From Candidatus Sumerlaeaceae bacterium (GTDB lineage Bacteria; Sumerlaeota; Sumerlaeia; Sumerlaeales; Sumerlaeaceae), in contig JAIBAT010000028.1 in NCBI GenBank assembly GCA_019695055.1, positions 10,420 to 74,419 on the forward strand: DNA of 64,000 nucleotides, written 5' to 3'. Of this stretch, positions 19,491-28,475 are shown piece after piece. Position 1 is the stretch's first letter. Every line of letters begins with the position of its first letter. The translations under genes were made by a program, and so were the position numbers. The notes below the pieces were generated by a model. The model made no database searches and was not told where the DNA came from. It saw nothing but the letters and a program-made list of their open reading frames with translations.

Positions 19491-20185
19491 CCTTCATCCG
19501 CGAGAACTGTCCGGCACGCCCGGGGGCTGTGCGTTCACCGGACTCACAATCTGACAAGCAACCATCACGCATGTTCCGCGCCCAATCTGCAAGCGCGAAT
19601 CGTGCCGCTATTGCGTGCATCTTGATTGGCTCGGGGCCAATTTCATGGTCCGGCCCAAACCGCCATGGCACCGGGCCCGTTTCGAGCCCGATCGAGAGGA
19701 TCGAGGCCCTCACTGCTCCAGAACCTGCCCCCATTCCCTTGAACCGGCGTTGCCACCGCGCGGGCCGGGTGATTCCATCGCGCCGGAACCGCCCCCCCCG
19801 TCGAGGGAGGGGCGCCCCCGGCTTTTCGCCAGGCGCTGAAGTTCGCATTCCCATGCAACTGGGAGGGTTGCCAGACAGTTGCCGGCGGGGGTGTGCAAAG
19901 CGGATACCCCCCAGAACCACTTCCGTGGCCCCGTGGACCTGCCCTTAGGATTTTGGTGACGCAAAGCAAACGACGGCCTCTGAATTCCTGTGCGGGTCTG
20001 GAACCCCGCAACCGGCTGATTTCAGCCACTTGTCAAACGTTTTAGGCCGGGGAATTTTTTTGGGCGATTTTTTAAGTGGAGTATTTTCAAGCAACGATAC
20101 GGATTAAATAGGTTTTATTTCCTCCTTTTTGTCAGGGCAAAGACTGGACACGACCGCAGGATGGACAGGATTCTGACTGCTCTGA

Positions 20186-20227
20186 GGGGTCAGGGGGGTC
20201 AGGGGGCTCAGGGGGCTCAGGGGGGGT
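20186..20227 (+). repeat. G-rich 9-bp tandem repeat (G[G/C]TCAGGGG x4), G-quadruplex-forming potential
   Basis: gaggggtcaggggggtcagggggctcagggggctcaggggggg read directly. Confidence 0.8.
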
Positions 20228-20247
20228 TAACCGGTTTGGCGATCATC

Positions 20248-20331
20248 ATGAAAAGACCCTACCACAAGGGCAACCGGCTTGCCTATTCCCTTACAGCCGC
20301 TTAGAACCTCTTCCAGACCCATGAAATGAAG
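20248..20331. repeat. Copy A of an ~84-bp dispersed element (second copy at 34231-34314)
   Basis: atgaaaagaccctaccacaagggcaaccggcTTGCCTATTCCCTTACAGccgcttagaacctcttccaGACCCATgAAaTGaAG; about 85% identical to copy B with an identical 18-bp core. Confidence 0.7.
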
Positions 20332-20466
20332 TTGCTGAAATCGAAGTGGGCGAAATTGAGCGGGGGGCGAGCGATTGGGAAGGATGGGTGCTTAATTTGG
20401 CGTGTCGGCGCGCCGTCCAATTTATTGGGGATTGCGTAATTCGTCCCGGAAATTCGAAATTTTACC

Positions 20467-20535
20467 CGTCCCAGTTTTCCCCAGTTTTCCCCAGTTTTCC
20501 CGTCCCAGTTTTCCTCCAGTTTTCCTCATTTTTCC
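20467..20535 (+). repeat. Tandem array of 10-14-bp units with core CCAGTTTTCC (6 units)
   Basis: cgtcccagttttcc ccagttttcc ccagttttcc cgtcccagttttcc tccagttttcc tcatttttcc; about 400 bp upstream of the hybrid kinase gene. Confidence 0.8.
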
Positions 20536-20935
20536 TTATCATGGACGTCCCCGTTTTTGAAATGTTTTGCATGATCCAATCGGGGTTCTTCAACAGCCCT
20601 CCTGTCCCGACTTTATGACTCTGTTGCCGCGTTGTTCAATTAATTTGGGGGGCGACCGGTCTCAAAATTCCGAAATTCGTCGTCCCCGAGATTCGTTGCT
20701 GAAACTTCTCATGGGAGGGCAGATCACCCGTCTCTATCAATTTTTGACTTGCCATCTTCGAGAGCATTTGCGACACTATAATCGTTGGTGACAAATTTAG
20801 AATCGATAAATAGAAACCAGCGAATGTGGGCCAGAGACGAACTTCAGTAGTCGCATGGGTGACCGTCGGTTCAGGGTGGACAGAGCCGCAGACCTGCAGC
20901 TCAAGGCTGCCATCAAAACCCTTATCGAGGGATAA

Positions 20936-22543
20936 ATGACAACAATACTAATTGTTGATGACAGCGAATCCAATCGTCTAACCCTTCGTTCCACAATTGA
21001 GTGCGAAGGTTATTCCATTGTTGAAGCAGAGGATGGGGAGGCGGCACTTGCGGTCTTAAATGGGGGGAGAATTGACGCTGTCATTTCGGACATCCTCATG
21101 CCTCGACTCGATGGATACCAGCTTTGTCGTCACATACGCTCCGTAAGCCCACTTCCGAATGTGCCGATAATAATTCATAGCCCAATGGACGCCGAAGGAC
21201 AAGACATTGAACTTGCTTTGAGGCTCGGTGCCGACAGGGTGTTGTCCAAGCCTTGTTCCGCAGTCGAAATTCGGCAAGCCCTGCGTGATGTTTTGACCGA
21301 TCCTGAATGCAAGCGGGACCGAAATTCCCGCAAAAGCAACCCCGATGAACTTCTGGAATTCAAGAGCGAGTACAGCATTCGTCTCATTGCCAAACTTGAG
21401 CAGAATAACATCGAGTTGATGGAAGCTCAGAAGAGACTTGTCAGGCTTACAGATGAGCTTACTCATCAGACTGAAGAACTTCGCGAAAGCGAATCGCGGT
21501 TCCGCCAGCTTGCGGAGAATATTAGCGAAGTGTTCTGGATTGTTGATGCGACCACGGCACGGTCCGTTTACGTGAGCCCGGCTTGCACGACAATTTGGGG
21601 AATAGACGGGGAAGTTCTGACAAATGGTATGGAAAGTTGGATTAACACCGTCCATCCTGACGACCGCCATAGGATTCGTAAAGCCATTGCAGAGCGATTG
21701 GAGACTGGGGTCTTCGACCAGGAATATCGGATTATCCACGCTGACGGAACGATTCGCCATATTCACGATCGCGGCTTTCCGGTTTACGATGATGCCGGAA
21801 CAATAGTCCGTTTTGTGGGCCTGGCGAATGACGTGACTCGCGAGAAGGTGCACGCAGCTCAGCTCAGCGAATCACGGGAGCAGCTGCGGGCTCTTGCGAT
21901 GAAATTGCAGAATGCACGTGAAGCGGAGCGCCAGCTCATAGCCCGTGAGGTTCATGGCGAGCTCGGTCAAAGACTCACGGCCCTGTACATGGATCTCGTG
22001 TGGGTCAGAAAGAAGCTTCCTGTTTCTTGCAGTGCCCTTGCTAAGAAGCTTACTGCGATGGCCGAATTGGTCGATAACACGACAGAGTCTGTGCAGCGAA
22101 TCTCGTTTGAAATGACCCCATCCATCTTAAACGATTTGGGCTTAAGAAGTGCTATCGAATGGCAAGCAAATGAATTTCACTCCCGTACTGGAATTTGCTG
22201 CAAATTAGATTGCCCACAAGCAGAATTAAGCGTGGCGGCGGCGGCCTCATTAGCGACCTTCCGGATACTTCAGGAGACCCTGACGAATGTGGCAAGGCAT
22301 TCATGCGCCACCGAAGTGACCATATCGCTTTTTCAGTCACAATTTGATCTCCAAATGACCGTTCGTGATAATGGGGTGGGAATCCGGGAGGCCGAGATGA
22401 TTGACTCCCGTTCGCTTGGATTGTTGGGGATGCGAGAAAGGGCTGCCAATCTTGGCGGCTCGATAAAGTTCACCGGATTGCCCGGAGCGGGAACAGAGAT
22501 ACTTTTGGTAATACCCACCGTGATAGGGATTAGTAATGATTAG
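20936..22543 (+). CDS. Cytoplasmic hybrid sensor histidine kinase: N-terminal receiver (REC) + PAS + HisKA_3 + HATPase_c
   Basis: REC: ILIVDDSESNRL…DAVISDILMPRLDGYQL; PAS after a coiled coil; H-box HGELGQRLTALYMDL (NarX/DegS type); ATPase G-boxes DNGVGI, GLLGMRERA; no TM segments. Confidence 0.85.
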   Translation: MTTILIVDDSESNRLTLRSTIECEGYSIVEAEDGEAALAVLNGGRIDAVISDILMPRLDGYQLCRHIRSVSPLPNVPIIIHSPMDAEGQDIELALRLGADRVLSKPCSAVEIRQALRDVLTDPECKRDRNSRKSNPDELLEFKSEYSIRLIAKLEQNNIELMEAQKRLVRLTDELTHQTEELRESESRFRQLAENISEVFWIVDATTARSVYVSPACTTIWGIDGEVLTNGMESWINTVHPDDRHRIRKAIAERLETGVFDQEYRIIHADGTIRHIHDRGFPVYDDAGTIVRFVGLANDVTREKVHAAQLSESREQLRALAMKLQNAREAERQLIAREVHGELGQRLTALYMDLVWVRKKLPVSCSALAKKLTAMAELVDNTTESVQRISFEMTPSILNDLGLRSAIEWQANEFHSRTGICCKLDCPQAELSVAAAASLATFRILQETLTNVARHSCATEVTISLFQSQFDLQMTVRDNGVGIREAEMIDSRSLGLLGMRERAANLGGSIKFTGLPGAGTEILLVIPTVIGISND

Positions 22544-23171
22544 AATCCTGATCGCCGATGATCATCCCATTGTCCGAAGTGGTTTTAAGCAGATACTAAT
22601 GGATTATCCCGATATTGAAGTGGGCGGGGAGGCGGAGAGCAGCCAACAAGTCATTCAATTGCTAACCACCAGCAGGTGGGATGCCGTTGTCCTGGATATT
22701 AGCATGCCCGGTCGTGGGGGGTTGGAGACTTTGGTGGAGATAAAGCGCCTCACCCCCCGATTGCCAGTACTAATCCTAAGCATGCACCCGGAATCTCTAT
22801 ACGGAATCAGGGCGCTTAAAGCCGGGGCGTCTGGCTATTTGCTGAAAAAGAGCGCACCGGACGACCTTGTGAATGCAATTAGAGCCGTCGTGAGAGGTCG
22901 TAGATTTATCAGTCCTCTTCTTGCCGAGTATCTGGCGAGTGAATTGAGCGGTGAGGCCGGACACGCGAAACATGAAATGCTCTCGAGCCGCGAGTATGAG
23001 GTGTTTCGCATGATTGCAACGGGGCGGCACTTACACGACATTGCCCGTGAGCTTTCGCTGAGCGAGAAGACGATCACCACCTACCGCGCCCGGATTCTTA
23101 GGAAAATGGGTTTTACAACTAATGCAGAGTTGATCACTTATGCCGTTAAAAATGAGCTGCTGGATAGCTGA
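22536..23171 (+). CDS. NarL/FixJ (LuxR)-family response regulator
   Basis: REC MIRILIADDHPIVRSGF…VVLDISMPG plus C-terminal LuxR HTH LSSREYEVFRMIATGRHLHDIARELSLSEKTITTYRARILRKMG; start overlaps the kinase stop. Confidence 0.9.
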   Translation: MIRILIADDHPIVRSGFKQILMDYPDIEVGGEAESSQQVIQLLTTSRWDAVVLDISMPGRGGLETLVEIKRLTPRLPVLILSMHPESLYGIRALKAGASGYLLKKSAPDDLVNAIRAVVRGRRFISPLLAEYLASELSGEAGHAKHEMLSSREYEVFRMIATGRHLHDIARELSLSEKTITTYRARILRKMGFTTNAELITYAVKNELLDS

Positions 23172-23454
23172 TCGGGATATGATTCGCATTCCTTTCTGCT
23201 TTGTTGACGTTGGCTCAAACTAGTAACTTCTGGAAGGCGTGTAGGGGAATCCCGACGGGGTTCGGGCCGGATAACCCACACCATTATGGCCCATTCCCTG
23301 AAAATCGTTTAATGCAACAACTTGTAATCCCACACTGAGACTCTCTATGGGTCTCGCGATAGGCTGTTCGCCGCCTGCACCGCAAACGGCTCACATTTTA
23401 TCACGAGGCTCTGGAGAGTACTAATTTGGGTGCGAACCGGGGGAGTGTTGCAAA

Positions 23455-26157
23455 ATGGGCTGGTCTTGGGATATTGGACTGAGGGGCATTGCATTTAGCC
23501 TTGGTAGGGCCATGGTATCGGTGGTATTGCTGATGTTTAGCCTGCGTGGGATTTCGGCCGAAGCTTTCCCGCATTTAACGCCTCAACATATTGGCTTACC
23601 CGGAAATCCGGTCAAGGTGACGTCAGGCGACTTCAACATGGACAGTATACCGGATTACTGCATTACTCTTTCCGACGCCAAGCACTGCGGGGCTGATTCA
23701 AATGCCGCGGTGTATCTGGCAAGGCCGGATGGAAGTCTCCAGAACCCGATTATGCTTGGGACGGATTTACTCCCATCGGAGATCCTGGTGGGAAACTTCG
23801 ACTCGGATGCCCCCCTGGATATTGTTACAGTAAATTATGGCAATCCGACACTGTCATTTCTGGGTGGAATTACGGAAAGCACCTTTGCCAAGGCGATCAC
23901 ATTTCCGACGGGGGCACCACCTTACAGCCACTGGTTTGGAGCCTCAGCGGATTTCAATGGCGATGCGATTGCGGACATAGTGGTCCCCGAGTTCAACGGT
24001 GACCTGTTCCCACTCCTTGGAAGGGGGAATGGCACCTTTGCGCCTGCACCAATTGTGTGTGCGGCGGGCGGCAACACCAATGTTGTCGTTGCAGATTTTA
24101 ACGGTGATTCACTCCTGGATGTAGCCACCGCTTCCTCCGACACCGGCTCTGTCTCCATACTTCTCGGCAGGGGCAATGGGACCTTTGAACACGCCATTAT
24201 TTGCCCGATAAGTGGGCAGATGCCGTGTTATTCAGAGATGGCTGTTGCAGACCTAAATGGCGATTGTGCACCTGATCTATTGTTTGCCGGTGGGGACTTT
24301 GGCGAAACGAAATTGTTTGCTTTAGTGAACGATGGCCATGGCCACCTGCACCAGTCATTCGAGTCGGAATCCATCGAGACGTGGTATGCCACATTTGTTA
24401 TTGCGGCTGATGTAGATGGAGATTTGAATGTTGATGCTGTTTTGGGATTTGGCGCGAATGACGTCATTGGAGTGGCCAAGGGTAACGGTGACGGAACATT
24501 TTTGGCGCCAAAGACTTATTATGCCGGCCACAATCCTGTTTCCTCCGTATTCAGCAAGCCGATTGGGAAGTTGCCGGCACGCCTGATTTCTGTTTTTAAC
24601 TCGAGTTCGGATCTTGCAATCACTGCCTGTAGTTCTGTCGGAGAACTTGGTTTACCGAGAGTTTTTCTGGACAGCGGCGAAGCGATTGAAGTAGCCGTGG
24701 CTGACTTCAACAGGGACGGGAAGCTGGACTTTGCAACGGCGAGCCCGGGCAGCCGTGAAGTGGGAATTGCTCTAGGAAATGGACAGGGACACTTCAGTAA
24801 AGCCCCAGGTCCTGTTCATCCTGGGTTTACCTGCAATGAGGAGCGAATGGCGCCTGAGTCCATCGCGACTGGGGATTTTGACCATGACGGGAACCCCGAC
24901 GTTGCTGTGAGCAGCCCGAACGCGAGACGGATAAATGTGTTGTTTGGGAGGGGTGATGCAACCTTTGCCGGAACCATTGTTGCCCTGCCAACGGACTACA
25001 CGGTGCTATCCATAGCATCAGTAGACATAAATAGTGACGGTAATGATGACATCCTAGCGCAGGACGCCGTATCGGACAAACTCTATGTGTTTAGCAGCAG
25101 TGGGGATCGTACGTTTGGTACGCGTACCGACTATAAGGTCGGGGGCGGGCCGTCAAAGGTGCGAACCGCCGACCTTGACGGGGATGGGAATTTGGACGTT
25201 GTCCTGCCTGTAAAATCACCGGCAGGCTTCTCCGTCTTGAAGGGTACTCCCGATGGACGGTTCAAGCCAATTGAGCAGGGCGGCGGGGCTACCGAAGCTT
25301 CTTCAGATTTGGTACTTGTGGATTTTGACGGAGACTGCCGTGTAGATATGTGCTTGGTCACGGAACGTGGAACTCTTCTCATTCTCCCCGGAATGGGAGA
25401 CCTTACATTTGGCGAGGCGTTGCCTGTCTTCGTCCCAAATCCAGTCCGGGGATGCGTTGCTGGGGACTTCGACGGGGATGGTCTGGCTGATTTGGCAGTC
25501 AGCCCGCAGAATGAGGCTGGCGTTCTTATCTTGAAGGGACGGGGGGACCTAACTTTCGCCAGTTCTGTTGCTGTGCAGGCTCCTGTTGGTTTGAGCCTGA
25601 TGTCAGCTGATATTGACAAGGACGGGGACCTAGACCTGCTAATTCCGACCGGCACGGCGCAGTTCGCGTGTGGTATCCTACTAAATGTCGATAATTCGCC
25701 ACCCACCTCGCGGCTGAGCCTGATTCCGCAAATGGCACAAGGGGAGCTGGCGGTTGGGCTTGCCTATTATAGCCAGGATAGCCAGAGTGGCATTGCCTCG
25801 ACGGAGTTGTGGGTTCGTGCACCCGGGACTTCAGAATTTGTAAGTGGCGGAGTGTCCGGGGCGGGAAACCAAGGAAGTCTCGATTACCTTTGTGCAATGG
25901 GGGTTGGCAAATATGAGTTTGCCTCTAGAGCCGTGGATAAAGCCGGCAATTGGGAGGCTTATCCCACCATGGCTGAAGTTGCGGTAATGATTGAGGCTAC
26001 GGGAAAGACGGGGGCTGGGTCGGAAGATGTGCTCTCGGGTGCGATTGTCGGGATGAATATTGGGGAGCGCCGGGGCAGTCCCCGCGAGCCCGACTTGGTA
26101 CCCCCAGCAGTGAGAGCCAAGAAAAAGTCGGGACCACCAAAATCTTTTCCTAGGTGA
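23455..26157 (+). CDS. Large secreted FG-GAP/VCBS-repeat beta-propeller protein
   Basis: Repeated FG-GAP-type Ca-binding loops: DFNGDAIADIVV, DFNGDSLLDVATAS, DLNGDCAPDLLFAG, DFNRDGKLDFATAS, DFDHDGNPDVAVSS, DLDGDGNLDVVLP, DFDGDGLADLAV, DIDKDGDLDLLIP; N-terminal hydrophobic signal. Confidence 0.8.
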   Translation: MGWSWDIGLRGIAFSLGRAMVSVVLLMFSLRGISAEAFPHLTPQHIGLPGNPVKVTSGDFNMDSIPDYCITLSDAKHCGADSNAAVYLARPDGSLQNPIMLGTDLLPSEILVGNFDSDAPLDIVTVNYGNPTLSFLGGITESTFAKAITFPTGAPPYSHWFGASADFNGDAIADIVVPEFNGDLFPLLGRGNGTFAPAPIVCAAGGNTNVVVADFNGDSLLDVATASSDTGSVSILLGRGNGTFEHAIICPISGQMPCYSEMAVADLNGDCAPDLLFAGGDFGETKLFALVNDGHGHLHQSFESESIETWYATFVIAADVDGDLNVDAVLGFGANDVIGVAKGNGDGTFLAPKTYYAGHNPVSSVFSKPIGKLPARLISVFNSSSDLAITACSSVGELGLPRVFLDSGEAIEVAVADFNRDGKLDFATASPGSREVGIALGNGQGHFSKAPGPVHPGFTCNEERMAPESIATGDFDHDGNPDVAVSSPNARRINVLFGRGDATFAGTIVALPTDYTVLSIASVDINSDGNDDILAQDAVSDKLYVFSSSGDRTFGTRTDYKVGGGPSKVRTADLDGDGNLDVVLPVKSPAGFSVLKGTPDGRFKPIEQGGGATEASSDLVLVDFDGDCRVDMCLVTERGTLLILPGMGDLTFGEALPVFVPNPVRGCVAGDFDGDGLADLAVSPQNEAGVLILKGRGDLTFASSVAVQAPVGLSLMSADIDKDGDLDLLIPTGTAQFACGILLNVDNSPPTSRLSLIPQMAQGELAVGLAYYSQDSQSGIASTELWVRAPGTSEFVSGGVSGAGNQGSLDYLCAMGVGKYEFASRAVDKAGNWEAYPTMAEVAVMIEATGKTGAGSEDVLSGAIVGMNIGERRGSPREPDLVPPAVRAKKKSGPPKSFPR

Positions 26158-26868
26158 TCTTTCGCCGATAAACCGGACAGTCTGCTGCGGTCAATGTGTT
26201 GAGTTTTTTTAGGCATTTGCGACACCAACCAGCTGATTGAAAGCGGAGCCCGGATTGCCTCCGAGCTCCGTTGCGACTGGAAATTCGGGGACGTCCATGA
26301 TAAGGAAAAACGGTTGGAGGCACCGAGTGCTCCCTACAGCGTTCGCTGAGACGGCTAAGCGCCGTTCTTTGTTCGACTTACCCTCGATCCTGCTTTTTTA
26401 ATCTGCTCTCAGGGGCCAACCGGCTCAAAGCCATGGGCCAGACATCCATTTGCACGCATCAGAAACCTGGGGACCTGAGCCCCCCAGCCCGTCGCGGGAG
26501 GTTGAGTTTGGGTCAAACCGCCCGGCCTCGAAACAGTTGAAATGGCGCATGGGCCCGCAGGCCTGGCGCAGTTCCCGAACGGCGAGGACCGGGCGGTAAG
26601 CTTTGAATCACATCGGGTTCGTCGTCATGTCGGTTCGGTCACCACCAACGTGGCGGCCAAACAATTGTCAGTTCTTTGGCGTCACCTTCCCCCCACACGT
26701 TTCAAGGGTTACCCACCTTCCGCCGAACTCCGTCGGCTGGCCAAATGAGGGTAGACAGGGGGCTGCAAGGGGTCGTGGGGGAATTGACAACTGCTCGACG
26801 ACTGTGCAATCCTCACTCCATCACGAAACAACTTCTCCACGCCAATCAGGTCAGGATGCAACCAGCCG

Positions 26869-28179
26869 CTATTGCAACCGACTGGCCATGTTCAGGCACT
26901 CAAACGCCGTGGCCCGGATGATGGACAGCTTTTCCAGGTCGCTGATTTCGGGGTGAATGTAGGGATTGCGGTAGTGCTGCAGGCTGATAAGCAGCTCGGC
27001 AAAATGCAGCACATCGTCGTCCGACTCTATCCCCTTGATCCCCAGAGGATTCGTGATCTTCACGGCCTTGTTGTTCTTGCTCCACGAGTAGGTGCGGCCA
27101 AACGCAATGATCATGATACCCAGCGCCTTCAACCCGTCCGGTTTGTAGCGGCTCTGGTGCTCCAAAATGCGGCGAAACGTCTGCTTCACGTTATCAATCG
27201 TGAAATCCATGGGCCGCGTACGCAGGAGCAGCAGCAGATACTGGTGATAGTAAATGGAGAGGTTCTGGTTGTTGTTCTCCATCATCTCCGTCACGGCGAT
27301 ATAGGTCGGGTCGCTGGACAGGAACTTCTGCAGTCGCTTGGCCATGCGCAACTTGGCCTCGTTCTCCACTGCAAAGCAGAAACTGAATCCGATGTTTCGC
27401 GAAAAATCAATGGAGCCGGGCGTGTGCGTCTGTTGCTCATATAGGAACTCGGCAATCCGCAGGCTGTCCTTGGAGTCCTCGGAGAAACTGTCGTATTGGG
27501 GGATTTCCCGGCGCAGGATATCTTCGATGTCCTGCAGGTTTCGCGGCGCCTCGATGCCTCCCCCCGCCGCGGACTGGGCCTGGCGACGCGCCTCCGCTTG
27601 AATCTCGCGCTGGTTCAGCAGGGCAAACACGTTGTATGCTTCACTACGAATATACGGGTGTGCCGACGGATCTGCCAGCAACACGCGCATCGATTCCAGA
27701 GCGGGACCCGTGACAGCCGCCTCATCGCCCGCAAGGGATTTGGCCTGCTGGATAACAGAGTCCTGGGTCCGGCCCCGGTCCAGCTCCGCCCGGGCCTGAT
27801 TGATGGCATCATAGAGCCGCTCGATTTCGTCCTCAATTCGGCTCTTGCTGATGACACTTGATGCGCCGAACTGCTTGGCCAGCGCCCCCTCCTCAAATGT
27901 ACCCACGGCGCTGATCATGATGATCGGCAGGAGCGGATAGGTCGACTTGACCTGTTGGATTAAGTCCAACCCCTCTGTTTCGGAGCGCATTTGGAGGTCT
28001 GTAATGACAACCTCCGGAATCCCCTCATTGATGATCTTGAGGGCCTGTTCGCTGTCTTCGGCTTCGAGGACCTCATAATTCTGGAGGAGCAGGTTTCGGC
28101 GAAAGGCGTCGCGGTAGATCTTGTTGTCATCAACAATCAGAACTTTCGTGGCTGTGGGGGCTTTTGAGGTTGTCGTCAC
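26869..28179 (-). CDS. Response-regulator receiver protein with C-terminal HEPN-like domain (Rx4H motif)
   Basis: REC: KVLIVDDNKIYRDAF…VVITDLQMRSETEGLDLI…IIMISA. C-terminal domain ends …LHFAELLISLQHYRNPYIHPEISDLEKLSIIRATAFECLNMASRLQ (R-N-P-Y-I-H = Rx4H, the HEPN signature in its usual C-proximal helix position). Confidence 0.6.
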   Translation of the reverse strand: MTTTSKAPTATKVLIVDDNKIYRDAFRRNLLLQNYEVLEAEDSEQALKIINEGIPEVVITDLQMRSETEGLDLIQQVKSTYPLLPIIMISAVGTFEEGALAKQFGASSVISKSRIEDEIERLYDAINQARAELDRGRTQDSVIQQAKSLAGDEAAVTGPALESMRVLLADPSAHPYIRSEAYNVFALLNQREIQAEARRQAQSAAGGGIEAPRNLQDIEDILRREIPQYDSFSEDSKDSLRIAEFLYEQQTHTPGSIDFSRNIGFSFCFAVENEAKLRMAKRLQKFLSSDPTYIAVTEMMENNNQNLSIYYHQYLLLLLRTRPMDFTIDNVKQTFRRILEHQSRYKPDGLKALGIMIIAFGRTYSWSKNNKAVKITNPLGIKGIESDDDVLHFAELLISLQHYRNPYIHPEISDLEKLSIIRATAFECLNMASRLQ

Positions 28180-28475
28180 CGGTTCCAGGGCGTCCTTTGG
28201 GGTCTCGGATTGGTAATTGGGGAATCGAATAAAGGTCTACCATAGCGATTGCTCCCTATTGAATCAAACCGGCCAAAAGCCGGCCGGGGCCTCCAAATTT
28301 TTCCCCATCGCCTGTGGTAACAAGGCTAAGTTCTTCATTTCCAGTATCATGCAGGGTGAAAAACCCGGTTTTTTTGAAACCATTTGGGGTCAAATGGTGT
28401 CGCAAGTGTCTGGCATTGTATTTGCCCCTGCTTTGACCATGCATTCCTGCCTTCCGGCAGGCACGCAGGAGACTG

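Noticed and set aside
20248-20304. Tiny peptide ORF inside repeat copy A (MKRPYHKGNRLAYSLTAA)
   Set aside because: The corresponding position in copy B hits a stop after 5 codons, so the element is not conserved at the peptide level.
20460-20540. CRISPR array
   Set aside because: Tandem units are only 10-14 bp with no unique spacers, and there are no cas genes in the window.
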